Positions 9,173-18,906 of a stretch of DNA of 64,000 bases are shown piece by piece (the first letter of the stretch is position 1; each line of letters opens with the position of its first letter). The notes under the pieces were generated by a model. That model made no database searches, was not told the origin of the DNA, and saw nothing but the letters and a program-made list of their open reading frames with translations. This stretch comes from Roseibacillus sp. (GTDB lineage: Bacteria > Verrucomicrobiota > Verrucomicrobiia > Verrucomicrobiales > Akkermansiaceae), in assembly GCA_051251855.1 (NCBI GenBank), contig JBPOGI010000001.1, positions 736,001 through 800,000 on the forward strand, given 5' to 3'. The position numbers and the translations under genes were made by a program.

Positions 9173-10324
9173 GTGATCGTTGGTTGGGACAGTGCTTTTT
9201 GGTGGTTTGTAGTTCTCTTCGTGGGAGCTTGCGTGGGTTCGTTTTTAAATGTGGTGATTTATCGAGTGCCGCTTGGGATGTCGGTGAATGAGCCGAAGCG
9301 GTCTTTTTGCCCAGGTTGTAAGAAGGACATTCCGTGGTATCGGAACTTGCCGATTATCACTTGGGTTTGGCAGCGGGGGAAGTGTGCGGAGTGCAAAATG
9401 GGGATTCCGGTGCGCTATGTCTTGGTAGAGGCGCTGACGATGGTTTTATGGGGGGTGGCTTGGTGGCTGTTTGGGGTGAAGGGTCAGCCTGGGGAGGCGT
9501 TTCTGTTGATGGTGATGCTGACGCTGTTGGTAAGCATTTCCTTCATCGATGCAGAGCACTATATTATTCCGGTTTTGATGACTTGGTGGGGAGCGGCCTT
9601 TGCGATTGTGGGGGCAATTTGGTTTTCGGGCTTGGTGACGCTTTCTGAGGCGGCGCGGGTTTGGCCGACGGGATGGGGAGAAGCCATGCTAGGTTTTGCG
9701 GCTGGTTATGCTGTTTTGCAGTTGGTGGTTTGGGGCGGGAAGCTGGCCTTTGGAAAGCAGAAGTTTTCCTTTGAGAAGGAGGTGGAATGGGCGTTGGTGG
9801 AGCCGGAAGAGGATGACCCGATGGGGCAGCTGTGTTTGGTGCTGGATGGGGAGTCTTTTGAGTGGGGAGATACTTTCTATCGTAAGACGGACAAGCTGCT
9901 GCTGGATGGCAGTGGCTTCAAGGTGGATGGCAAAGAGGTGTCGGGGGAGAGTTTGGTGATGTTTGGGGATCGGGTTGAGATTGGGGGGGAGGCTTGGAAG
10001 ATTGAGGAGATTGAGTCTTTGTCGGGACGGGCTAAGGAGGTGGTGCGCCCAAGGGAGGCGATGGGGTCGGGGGATCCGCCGTTATTGGCGATGATTGGGG
10101 CTTTCTTGGGCTGGCCAGCGGTGATTTTTACGCTGTTTTGTTCGTCTTTGTATGCGTTGCTGGCGGCGTTGCTGTTGCGAGTAGGATTTGGGAAACCGCT
10201 GCCGTTTGGTCCCTTTTTGGCGCTGGCGGGGGTGACTTGGGCTTTTGGTGGGTGGCAGGTTTGGGAGTGGTATATGGGACTGATGAGTTTTGGGCCGAGT
10301 GCCACGCCTATTGTGGTGCCTTAA
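9173..10324 (+). CDS. pilD: Prepilin peptidase/N-methyltransferase (A24) with a ~90-aa insert
   Basis: GSFLNVVIYRVP, SFCPGC...GKCAEC Zn site, catalytic Asp in FIDAEH and MGSGD, PFGPFLA. Confidence 0.92.
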   Translation: MIVGWDSAFWWFVVLFVGACVGSFLNVVIYRVPLGMSVNEPKRSFCPGCKKDIPWYRNLPIITWVWQRGKCAECKMGIPVRYVLVEALTMVLWGVAWWLFGVKGQPGEAFLLMVMLTLLVSISFIDAEHYIIPVLMTWWGAAFAIVGAIWFSGLVTLSEAARVWPTGWGEAMLGFAAGYAVLQLVVWGGKLAFGKQKFSFEKEVEWALVEPEEDDPMGQLCLVLDGESFEWGDTFYRKTDKLLLDGSGFKVDGKEVSGESLVMFGDRVEIGGEAWKIEEIESLSGRAKEVVRPREAMGSGDPPLLAMIGAFLGWPAVIFTLFCSSLYALLAALLLRVGFGKPLPFGPFLALAGVTWAFGGWQVWEWYMGLMSFGPSATPIVVP

Positions 10325-10421
10325 GAACGGATTTCTTTGGTGGGGAGGTTGTTGCTGTCCATTTGGAAAAGTGGTTGACCTTTTCAATGATTGATCACGG
10401 GGCGGCAGAGCTGCCAATGCA

Positions 10422-12110
10422 TCACCGTTCGGATTGGGACTGTTCGGCTGCCTCTTCCAATGCGCGGTCTTTGGCTTGGGAGGTGGCGATACGGGAGAGG
10501 GCGCTGATAAGGGCTGAAGCTCCGTTTTCTAACAGTTCGGCTTCGGGGAGGTCGCCGGGGTCGTCGAAACCGAGCCAGAGGGCGACGGAGAGATGCTCGT
10601 CGGTATGGAGAGCCCATAGATCGTTAGAGGGGTTGTTGAGTGCTGACCAGGTCTTTTGTTTGGTGAGGTCAAGGGGGGCTTGGGCGGCGAAGGCGTCGAG
10701 GACGAGCTTGTTTTGAGGCTCTTGTTGGAAGAGGGAGTCTCCGTGGGCATCGAGGAGGTTTTCGATGAGATAGGTGGTGGGCTTTTTGCCTTGGTTCGCA
10801 AGGACAGTGAGGGCGGTGGCCGCTTCAAGGGGAGTGGTCTGCAGATTGCCTCGGGCGAGTTCGTCGCCCTCGGTGAAGGGGCCGTTGATACCAAGGCGTT
10901 TGGCGAGTCGGGCAATTTCGCCGTCGGGCATTTGGCGGGCGGTCTGGATGGGTTGGCCAGGGATGGGGAGGCGGCCGCGTTCGGCTGAGAAGGCGTAGAG
11001 GAAAGGTTGGAAGACGGGGCCGAGTTGGCGGCGGGTGTCGAAGGCGCGGTTGAATTGTGAGGACTCGGGGTCGCGAGCGGTGATGACGGCTCGAATAGCT
11101 CCGGTGGTGGGCTCGATGGCAACAAGTGCACATTGCAGAGCTGGGAAGGGAGTTATGAGTTCGTCGATGCCATTGCGTGCAAATTTTTGGAGTTCGCGAT
11201 CAATGCTGGAGGTGGCGGTGAGTCCGCCGGAGAGGAAGTCGTTCTGGTCGAGGAGCTCGTTGAGGTGGCGGCGGGCGCAGCGGATGGCATCGGTCTGGAC
11301 CTCGCGCGGGGGCAACAGGTGGAGTGGAGCTTTGAGGCTGTCGTCGCGTTGTTGGAAGGTGAGCTTACCGTCGGCTGCCATTTGACGGAGCACCTGATCG
11401 CGCTCGCGAAGGGCGGCTTCTCGGTCATTGCGGGGGGAAAAGTCGTGGGGGGCTCGGATGATACCGACGAGGAGGGCGCTTTCGGCGGTGGTGAGCTGGG
11501 ATGTCTTTTTGCCGAAATAGGATTGGGCGGCTTGTTCGATGCCGTAGGCTCCGGCGCCGAAGTAGATTCGGTTGAGGTAGGCGGTAACGATTTCGTCTTT
11601 GGAATAATTGGCCTCGATGCGGAAGGAGAGGGTGGCTTCGAGGAGCTTGCGATGCAGAGAGAGCTCGCGAATCTCGTAGGTATTTCGCGCGAGTTGCATG
11701 GTGATGGTGGAAGCGCCTTGGGTGATGCCACCGTCTTTGAGATTTCGGAGAGCGGCTCGGAGGACGCCGCGAAAGTGGACACCACCGTGCTTAAAGAACT
11801 CTTTATCCTCGCGGGCGGTGAGGGCGTCGATGAGACCTTGAGGGATTTCGTCGCGGGGAATGACACGGCGGCGAGAGCCATGGATGGCGGCGAGTTCGTT
11901 GCCTTCGCGGTCGAGAAGCAGGGTGCGCTCCGGCATCTCCTTGATTTCCTTGATGTCGTAGCGGGAGGCGGTAACCCAATAGCCGACGCCTACGAGAATG
12001 AGGAGAACGACTACAATGAGGGAAACTCTGAGGAAAATCCGCCCTAAGGCACCTACCCAAGAGGGAATTTGGTCCCAGAGTTTTGGTTCGTCTTCTTCTA
12101 GCCAAGTCAT
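10422..12110 (-). CDS. Class A PBP-like transglycosylase with degenerate transpeptidase domain
   Basis: TM anchor; GT51 motifs EDKEFFKHGGV, QGASTITMQLARN, RKLLE, YLNRIYFG; RQLGPVFQPF sits where RQxGSxxKP is expected. Confidence 0.85.
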   Translation of the reverse strand: MTWLEEDEPKLWDQIPSWVGALGRIFLRVSLIVVVLLILVGVGYWVTASRYDIKEIKEMPERTLLLDREGNELAAIHGSRRRVIPRDEIPQGLIDALTAREDKEFFKHGGVHFRGVLRAALRNLKDGGITQGASTITMQLARNTYEIRELSLHRKLLEATLSFRIEANYSKDEIVTAYLNRIYFGAGAYGIEQAAQSYFGKKTSQLTTAESALLVGIIRAPHDFSPRNDREAALRERDQVLRQMAADGKLTFQQRDDSLKAPLHLLPPREVQTDAIRCARRHLNELLDQNDFLSGGLTATSSIDRELQKFARNGIDELITPFPALQCALVAIEPTTGAIRAVITARDPESSQFNRAFDTRRQLGPVFQPFLYAFSAERGRLPIPGQPIQTARQMPDGEIARLAKRLGINGPFTEGDELARGNLQTTPLEAATALTVLANQGKKPTTYLIENLLDAHGDSLFQQEPQNKLVLDAFAAQAPLDLTKQKTWSALNNPSNDLWALHTDEHLSVALWLGFDDPGDLPEAELLENGASALISALSRIATSQAKDRALEEAAEQSQSER

Positions 12111-12212
12111 GCGTTGCGAGTGCTCTTGAGTGATTTAGACCATTACTACGAGAAAAAGAATCAAGTTTGGTCAAAGAAGAGGGGTTGGTGTCGTCGTTAT
12201 TCTAGGGTAACA

Positions 12213-14855
12213 ATGAGTGCAGTGAAGGGTCTATTGCTAGTAAGCCTCTATGGAATGGTCTGTGGCGAAATCGTCCTAGGGGACCAGGATGAAGCGGGGC
12301 CTAGTACGGAAGCTGCTTTGGGGGCGGAGACCTTTGTGGAGCGTCAGCTGGCAGCGAATCAGCTCTGGGAGCGAGGTCCAGAGGCGGTGAATCTTTTGAA
12401 TGCGATGGCGCTGTCGGATGATCCTGAAGAGTCTTGGCGAGCTCGGCAGATTTTGCGATGGGTTGATTTGGAGATGACTCCCGATACTCCCGACGAAATT
12501 GTGGAGCTGGTCGAGAGATATTTGATCGCTGCCAATGCTCAGGACCGCGAGAGAATTTACGGCGATCTCTTGGCCAAGGAGGCCTATGTGCAGCTTTTTC
12601 GATTGCCAAAGCATGTCTCAGACGAGGTTGTTTCGCGCAATTTGGCAGAGCGGGTGGCGGAGTTGGCGGGAGAGGTGGCTGAGGAGAAGATTTTAAGCGG
12701 AGATGATGAGGAGGCCCTCGCCATCTTGGAGGATGCCAAGAATGCGAAGGCGGGACATTTGCGTTGGGTCGCGCTGGCGAGTGCGCTTGGGAAGAAGGAT
12801 GAGCTTTGGGACGAGTTGTCGGAAGATGACCAGATGCGATTTGCACGCTGGGAAGGGGATGTGGAATTGATTCGAACTCTCGCGGGGCCCGATCATGAGG
12901 TCCAACTGAGTTTGCAACTCTTGGACGGCGAGGTGCTCCCATTTCTAACAAAACAGGCGACGCGTAATGATTCCATGGGAATACGAGCGCGGATTGCGAA
13001 GGGGTTATTGACTGGAAAGGTAAAAGACGCGAAGGATTCCTTGTTAAAACCTCTCTTGGCGGCTTTGGAAGAGAATGGGGTGGATGAGTCGGAAGATGTG
13101 TTGGTGTTGTTGGCGCAGATGGGGTTTGCGGAGGAGGCCTTACCCTATTTTGAAAAGAGCTATCCTATCGACATGTTTGAGTATTATCAGGGGACTGAAA
13201 GACTGGAAGATGCTCTTAGGTGCTTGAGCTTGGAGGTGGGGAAGCCGATTCCGGCAGAGTGGATTGAGGAGGCGCTGGCGAAAGTGAAAGATGAGTTTGA
13301 GCTGGAGAATGAAGGCTGCCGTCGGTTGTTGAGTGTGGGGCAGTTTCTGGTCGAACGTGGGGAGATAGACGAGGCTGAGAAGGTCTTTGAGGCGCTCTAT
13401 TCCCGAATGGAAAAAGAGGGAGTCAATGAGGTAAACAACTTGCTGGCATTCCTCGGTGGTCGGCAGAGTGATTCTCTCCAGACTGGCTATCCTGAGTTCG
13501 CGGTTCGCAAGGCATCGGAGCGAGAGGAAGAAGTCTTCAGACCTGAGAACTTTCTTTCAGAGACTTTCTACACGGACGAAAGCTCGTTTTTGCTCTTGCG
13601 CTTTTTAGAGGGACGCGATGTCGAGATGGCGGAGTGGAAGAGAGTTCGGGCGGTGTTTTCTCTATTCGGACGGCAAGTCTCCTTTCCAAAGGATGAGCTC
13701 GAAACGATCTTGGCAGAGTTCGAGATGAGCGCGGAGACCAATGCCTCGGAAGCGGAGTGGACGGTACTAATGCAGTCAGCGATGGCACGGGGAGATATCC
13801 CGCTGTTAGAGCGGTCGATTCGAGCATTGATCGATATCGTTGAGAATAAGGAGAACATGACTGCAAATCTGGCTTCGCTACTGTTCTCTGACGGACGGTT
13901 TGAGGAGTCGTCTCAAATCTTGAACGAATTGGTGGAGGCTGACCCTAGAGGGTTTCATTTGATGGAGTCTCTTGCAATTGTCTTGGAGTTAGCTGGAAGG
14001 GGGGAGGAGGCCGAGAGGTGGCTGACAAAGCTTGAGAAGCTGGCTTTAGGAGATGGCGCGTGGTTATTTTCGCTGGGGGAAACTTGGGGAGAGCTTGGAA
14101 ATTGGAAACGGCAACACGAACTTAATCAGCGGGCTTTCCTGTTGTTTCCCGCTGAGTCCAGCGGATGGATTCGGCATCTCTATTATTTGTCGGAGTCGGC
14201 GCGAAAGGCGGGATTGTGGAAGCAGGCTGCTGCGTGCCGAGAGGCCTACAACACTTACTTGAATTTCGAGATTTATGGGAATCCAATGGGCTACTTTAGG
14301 GGGCGTGGGCAGCTAGATTTTTCACGAGCCATGGCCGCCTTTGAGGAGGGAGATATGGCTGGAGGAGACCGTATTTTGAACCGGATGGTTTCCTATTGTG
14401 CGCACGACTCGTTTTTTGCGGATGATGTTTTCCCCGTTTTACGATTGGCGGGATTGCACGAGCAGGTGGAGAGGGTTTGGGCTCATGTTTCTCCCTTCTA
14501 CCGACATTCAATGAAGTCCTACCCGAAGGCGCACAATGCTCACAACACGGCTGCTTGGGTGGCCTCTCGGGCCGCGTGTGACTTGGACGAAGCTTTGATC
14601 TGGGTTGACGAGGCTTTGAAGGGAAAGCCGGGTGGGTCTGCCTATCAGGATACTCGAGGGGAGGTTCTCTTTGCGCAAGGGAAGCGGAAAGAGGCTCTCA
14701 AGTGGTCCGAGAAAGCATGCCAGAGCTCGGATGGGGTGGGAACGTTGGCGATGTTGCGGGTGCAGTATCGGCATTTCCGTGATGACCCTTTTCCTTTGAC
14801 GAAAGATGAGGTTGAACTGCCAAAAGATGAGGAGTTGCCGGCCCGCGAAGAGTAG
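12213..14855 (+). CDS. Large secreted TPR-repeat protein
   Basis: Signal-like N-terminus after ATG 12213; helical repeats; C-terminal TPR NTAAW...AYQDTRGEVLFAQG. Confidence 0.65.
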   Translation: MSAVKGLLLVSLYGMVCGEIVLGDQDEAGPSTEAALGAETFVERQLAANQLWERGPEAVNLLNAMALSDDPEESWRARQILRWVDLEMTPDTPDEIVELVERYLIAANAQDRERIYGDLLAKEAYVQLFRLPKHVSDEVVSRNLAERVAELAGEVAEEKILSGDDEEALAILEDAKNAKAGHLRWVALASALGKKDELWDELSEDDQMRFARWEGDVELIRTLAGPDHEVQLSLQLLDGEVLPFLTKQATRNDSMGIRARIAKGLLTGKVKDAKDSLLKPLLAALEENGVDESEDVLVLLAQMGFAEEALPYFEKSYPIDMFEYYQGTERLEDALRCLSLEVGKPIPAEWIEEALAKVKDEFELENEGCRRLLSVGQFLVERGEIDEAEKVFEALYSRMEKEGVNEVNNLLAFLGGRQSDSLQTGYPEFAVRKASEREEEVFRPENFLSETFYTDESSFLLLRFLEGRDVEMAEWKRVRAVFSLFGRQVSFPKDELETILAEFEMSAETNASEAEWTVLMQSAMARGDIPLLERSIRALIDIVENKENMTANLASLLFSDGRFEESSQILNELVEADPRGFHLMESLAIVLELAGRGEEAERWLTKLEKLALGDGAWLFSLGETWGELGNWKRQHELNQRAFLLFPAESSGWIRHLYYLSESARKAGLWKQAAACREAYNTYLNFEIYGNPMGYFRGRGQLDFSRAMAAFEEGDMAGGDRILNRMVSYCAHDSFFADDVFPVLRLAGLHEQVERVWAHVSPFYRHSMKSYPKAHNAHNTAAWVASRAACDLDEALIWVDEALKGKPGGSAYQDTRGEVLFAQGKRKEALKWSEKACQSSDGVGTLAMLRVQYRHFRDDPFPLTKDEVELPKDEELPAREE

Positions 14856-15755
14856 CTACTTGGCCCTTGGGTGGGCGTTGCGATAGGCTTCTTGAAGGCG
14901 GGTCTTGGTGACGGCAGTATAGATTTGGGTGGTCGATAGCGAGGCGTGCCCTAGGAGCGATTGCACTGCTCGGAGGTCGGCCCCATTATCTAACAAATGG
15001 GTCGCGAAGGAGTGGCGCAGTTTATGGGGAGTGACGTCAAAGGGGATTTCAGACTGCTTGAGATACTTCTTGAGGAGTTGGTCGATGGCTCGGGGCGAGA
15101 GGCGTTTGCGGAGCTTGGAGATGAAGAGTGGGCCTTCGTGGACGTTGGCTGCATGGCGATACTTTTGAATGGCTTTGGATGCGTAGGAGCCTACGGGGAC
15201 CATACGTTCTTTGGAGCCTTTTCCCATCACGCGTAGAGTGGTTGTGGCGCTATCGATTTGTTCGGCGTTGAGGCTGGTGAGTTCCGATAGGCGGAGGCCG
15301 GTGGAGTAGAAGAGCTCAAGGATGGCGGTGTCGCGGTAAGGCATCCAATCTGGCGCTTGTTGCGAGAGGGGGAGTTGCAGGGGAAGGGCTAGTAGGTGCT
15401 CGATTTGCTTTAGGCTGAGAGTGACGGGGAGCTTCTTCTCGGCCTTGGGGAGTTGAACTTCGGTAAGAGGATTCTTGGGCAGTCCTTGGCGGTGGGTGAG
15501 AAATTTGTAGAAAGAGCGGAGGGCCGCGAAACGGAGACGAATGGTGGAGCGCGCGGTCTCGGCCTTCATCAACTCGAAAAGGTAGGCGCGAAAGTGCTCC
15601 GGGCCTTGTGCTTCCCAAGAGGCGAACTTCTCCCCTTGTGACTCGCGGAAGAGGCGCAAGGAACGTTCGTAGTTGGTGAGAGTGTGTGGAGAGGAGTTTC
15701 TTTCGGTTGAGAGAAATTCCAAAAAAGCGTCCTCCAATAGATCGGCAGCGGGCAT
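14856..15755 (-). CDS. xerC: Tyrosine recombinase XerC
   Basis: SAM-like N-terminus; RDTAILELFYSTGLRLSEL, GKGSKER, PHKLRHSFATHLL, LGHASLSTTQIY. Confidence 0.9.
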   Translation of the reverse strand: MPAADLLEDAFLEFLSTERNSSPHTLTNYERSLRLFRESQGEKFASWEAQGPEHFRAYLFELMKAETARSTIRLRFAALRSFYKFLTHRQGLPKNPLTEVQLPKAEKKLPVTLSLKQIEHLLALPLQLPLSQQAPDWMPYRDTAILELFYSTGLRLSELTSLNAEQIDSATTTLRVMGKGSKERMVPVGSYASKAIQKYRHAANVHEGPLFISKLRKRLSPRAIDQLLKKYLKQSEIPFDVTPHKLRHSFATHLLDNGADLRAVQSLLGHASLSTTQIYTAVTKTRLQEAYRNAHPRAK

Positions 15756-15894
15756 TATTTTAGAAAACTTAACTAAATCGAGAGCTGAGAGCAAGGTTCG
15801 AGGTTATTTTTTAGTTTCTAAAAAGGGGTGGTGCTCTCTTCTGAGAAAAGAAACGGCTTGTTTTCAGGTGGAGCAAGTGAATGATCTGTTTTGA

Positions 15895-16752
15895 ATGATA
15901 AAAAAATCTATTTTGTATCCCAGTGCCCTCGCTCTTGTTTTTTCGGCTTCGATTTCAGCAGAGGAGGTTCTGGTTCAGCTGAAGTTCGAGCCCGGTAAAG
16001 TCTACATTACTGAAACTGAAGTGAAGCAAAGTGCCGTTATTGCGATGGCTGGGCAGGAAATGAAAACGGCGATGACAATGAAGGCGACCACTTCTCAGAC
16101 CGTCACAAAGGCGGAGACAGGAGTCACGATTGTTCAGAAAATGGATTCGATGTTTATGGATATGGATGCTGCGGGCATGAAGATGACCTTCGACTCCGAG
16201 AACCCAGAAGGCCCTCTAGCGATGATGTTTGGGCCACTTATGGAGGCTGAGACGACCATGAATTTGGGGCCGGATGGCAAGGTGATTTCGATCAAGGCTC
16301 AGGCGGTTCCGGGCATGGAAGCGATGGGGATGGGCAAGGAAGAAATGACTCAAGCGGCCCGTGAGATGACGGATATGATGGCGAATAAGACGGTGGCTGA
16401 AGGGGCGAGTTGGACGACGACTTCGAAGTTGCCGACCGGTGGGATGACCGAGAAGCCAGTGACGATCAATTATACGATGACCTTTGATAGCATGGTGGAG
16501 AAAGAAGAGCATCGCCTAGCGAAGATTCTTATTGTTGGTAAGGTGGACGAAGGAGACGGAAATTTACAGGTGACTTCGAAGGAGTTGACTGGGGAGATGC
16601 TCTTTGATCCTAAGATTGGGCAGCCTCGCGAGATGACCATGATTGTCGACTTGGAGATTGGTCTTCCAGAAGGAGCAGAGGTTGCTGAGGGGGCCCCAGG
16701 GAAAATGCCAATGAGAACAGAGACTGTTTCCAAGTTAAAAGGAGTTAAATAG
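15895..16752 (+). CDS. Secreted Met-rich protein (DUF6263-like)
   Basis: Signal peptide; LKFEPGKVY start of the mature part; FDS, GASW and GEMLFD motifs; ~30 Met in 285 aa. Confidence 0.55.
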   Translation: MIKKSILYPSALALVFSASISAEEVLVQLKFEPGKVYITETEVKQSAVIAMAGQEMKTAMTMKATTSQTVTKAETGVTIVQKMDSMFMDMDAAGMKMTFDSENPEGPLAMMFGPLMEAETTMNLGPDGKVISIKAQAVPGMEAMGMGKEEMTQAAREMTDMMANKTVAEGASWTTTSKLPTGGMTEKPVTINYTMTFDSMVEKEEHRLAKILIVGKVDEGDGNLQVTSKELTGEMLFDPKIGQPREMTMIVDLEIGLPEGAEVAEGAPGKMPMRTETVSKLKGVK

Positions 16753-17236
16753 CCAGGTTCAGTATCGGCGGGGGGGTTGTGAAGACTCTACGGGGAGTTC
16801 CGGTCTCTTAGAGGATTTGACATAAAAGACTAGCCCGAAACGTTATCGTTTTTCGGTCTTGGGGATGCTTTAAAATTACATTTATTTTTATTGTGGATAA
16901 GCAGTTTTCAATCGTTTGCTTTGTATTTAATGAGTAAATAAAAGTGTAGCTTTTTTGTGGTTTGGAAGTAGGTTTTCGAGGTCTTTCTTGATTGCTGCTT
17001 GTGAAGAATTTTCTATTTCTGTTTATGCTGTTAGCCACCAAGGCCCTGTTGATTTGGTGCCTTGTTTTGGTTGTCAACTAATTGGCAATCAAAGTTCTTT
17101 GGTGGCTTGGTCTTGGGTGGAAGTGTTTTTTGTTTTTTCCTTATGGAACTCGACGATGACCTATCGGTATTCGCTATGAATTATCTCCATAGAGAGGGGG
17201 TTGGAGGCCGGTAACGTAGTCATTGAGTGCTTCCGA

Positions 17237-18823
17237 TCAATTCTCACTCAGGTAGGCAACGAGATCGCGGATTTCGCGGTGGGAGAGATAGCCGAGGGCG
17301 GAGGGCATGGGGGAGGTCAGAGTCATAGAGGAGATTTCCTTTTTGTCGACGGCCTTGGGTTTCAAGTCCACCATCAGGTAGAGGTGAGTGTCGACAGACG
17401 GGCGACTTATTTCGGGACCCGAGAGAGTGGTGCCATCCTTGAGTTCAAATTCAAGCCAGCCTTTGCCGAGAGCGATGTTGTGGTCGGGTGCGATGAGGGA
17501 GCGGAGGTTTGTGAACCTAAATACGCCTTGATCCACAGAGGAAAAACGAGGGCGCCAAATTTCATTGGTAATATGGCATTCGCTGCAGCGCCCTCTTTTG
17601 CTGGTGGCAATCTGGTAGCCCTTGATTCGATTTCCTCCTTCGAGAAGGGTTGGGTAGCGGTCCTCGGGGAGAGTGCTCCTTTTATTGGCATCGGCGACGA
17701 GCTTTTCGAAGAGCTGGTGAGCTTGAGGTTTGATGGCTTCACCCCGTGCGGCGAGAGCTTCTTCGACTTCGAGCCAGAGTGCGAGATCGAGGCGTTCCTT
17801 GAGGATGAGTCCGGTGATCGACTCTCCAAGGAGCGCGTCGGCGGCAGGAGTGGCAAGAGAGGTGAGGAATTGGAGGATTTCTTGATCGCGGGAGGTGAGC
17901 CGCTGGTTATAGAAGACGTCCAAGTCTAGATTGGCGCTTAAGGTTTCACGACAAAAAGCAAGGACTTCGGCTGGGGCCTTTTGATACCAGCGGGCGAAGA
18001 CGAGGAGGCGCAGACCGTTCGTGTCTGGTGCCATCAAAAGTTCGCGAGTCATGGAGCCGTTCTCAAGCATGGCATCGAGAGCTAACAGTCGCACTGATTG
18101 TGGTTGGGTTAAGTCATTGAGGACCTTGCTGAGGTTCTTTTTCGAGATGGGAACCTCGGCAATTTTGCAAAGGGCTAGGGTGGAAGAGAGCCAGGCTGCG
18201 GAGAGGGGCTGTTCGGCGGTGCCTCGGTCAAAAGCGGAGCGGAGGAGGAGGTGGATGAGTTTTTTGTTTGCAGCGGTGAGCTTTGGAAATTTGAGAAGCT
18301 CGGCGAGGGCTTTTTCCCGCATGGGGAGTTGAGCAAAAGTATGGGAGGCGTATCGGATCAGGCGGTTGGCACTATGGGAATCGCCAAGGAGAGAGTTGGC
18401 TGTGATGGCGCGACTGATCAGTTCTTCGTTCTTTGGAGAGTATTCGAGGGACTTGGCAAGGAGGGGGATACCTTCGGGCATGGTGGGTGGACCGAGGACA
18501 AATTTGGCGGCTTCGAGTCGGACTTCAGGGTTGCGAGCGCCGATGTAGAGAAGCAGAGCTTTATCCTTTTTGAGGCCTAGGGCTCGGACGGCACAGACTT
18601 GCAGGGCGATGGATTCTTCGCCAAGGCAGGAGGCGAGTTGCTGGACTGTAGCTATTTGTAAGAGCTTTAGGGCCGCAGCCTGGCGGTCGAAGGTTTCTTC
18701 GGTTCCTTCGGCGCGAATTTCGGTAGCGATGTTTTCGAAGGAGTCAGAGGGAGAGGGTTCGCCGTGTAAGAGATGAGCGAACAAGGGGAAGAAGATAAGA
18801 ACGGGGCGAAGGTTTTTTCTCAT
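17237..18823 (-). CDS. HEAT-repeat protein with PVC-type c-heme-binding domain
   Basis: Signal peptide, HEAT-like helices, GGN..KG...CSECH and C-terminal SPMP...LS..EIRDLVAYL. Confidence 0.7.
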   Translation of the reverse strand: MRKNLRPVLIFFPLFAHLLHGEPSPSDSFENIATEIRAEGTEETFDRQAAALKLLQIATVQQLASCLGEESIALQVCAVRALGLKKDKALLLYIGARNPEVRLEAAKFVLGPPTMPEGIPLLAKSLEYSPKNEELISRAITANSLLGDSHSANRLIRYASHTFAQLPMREKALAELLKFPKLTAANKKLIHLLLRSAFDRGTAEQPLSAAWLSSTLALCKIAEVPISKKNLSKVLNDLTQPQSVRLLALDAMLENGSMTRELLMAPDTNGLRLLVFARWYQKAPAEVLAFCRETLSANLDLDVFYNQRLTSRDQEILQFLTSLATPAADALLGESITGLILKERLDLALWLEVEEALAARGEAIKPQAHQLFEKLVADANKRSTLPEDRYPTLLEGGNRIKGYQIATSKRGRCSECHITNEIWRPRFSSVDQGVFRFTNLRSLIAPDHNIALGKGWLEFELKDGTTLSGPEISRPSVDTHLYLMVDLKPKAVDKKEISSMTLTSPMPSALGYLSHREIRDLVAYLSEN

Positions 18824-18906
18824 GGAGTTAGGCGTTTTCTTTTCTTTTCTTATCTGTGAGCTCTCGACTTAAAGCGACGTCTCTCGCCCTATTCCCAAGA
18901 ACAGGC

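Noticed and set aside
14856..15755. Integrase of a prophage, island or integron
   Set aside because: The sequence is typical chromosomal XerC; there is no integron-integrase insert, attC array, tRNA att site or phage gene nearby, and no convincing dif site.
16753..17236. oriC
   Set aside because: Only one perfect DnaA box, no dnaA/dnaN/gidA nearby, and the + strand looks G-rich on both sides.
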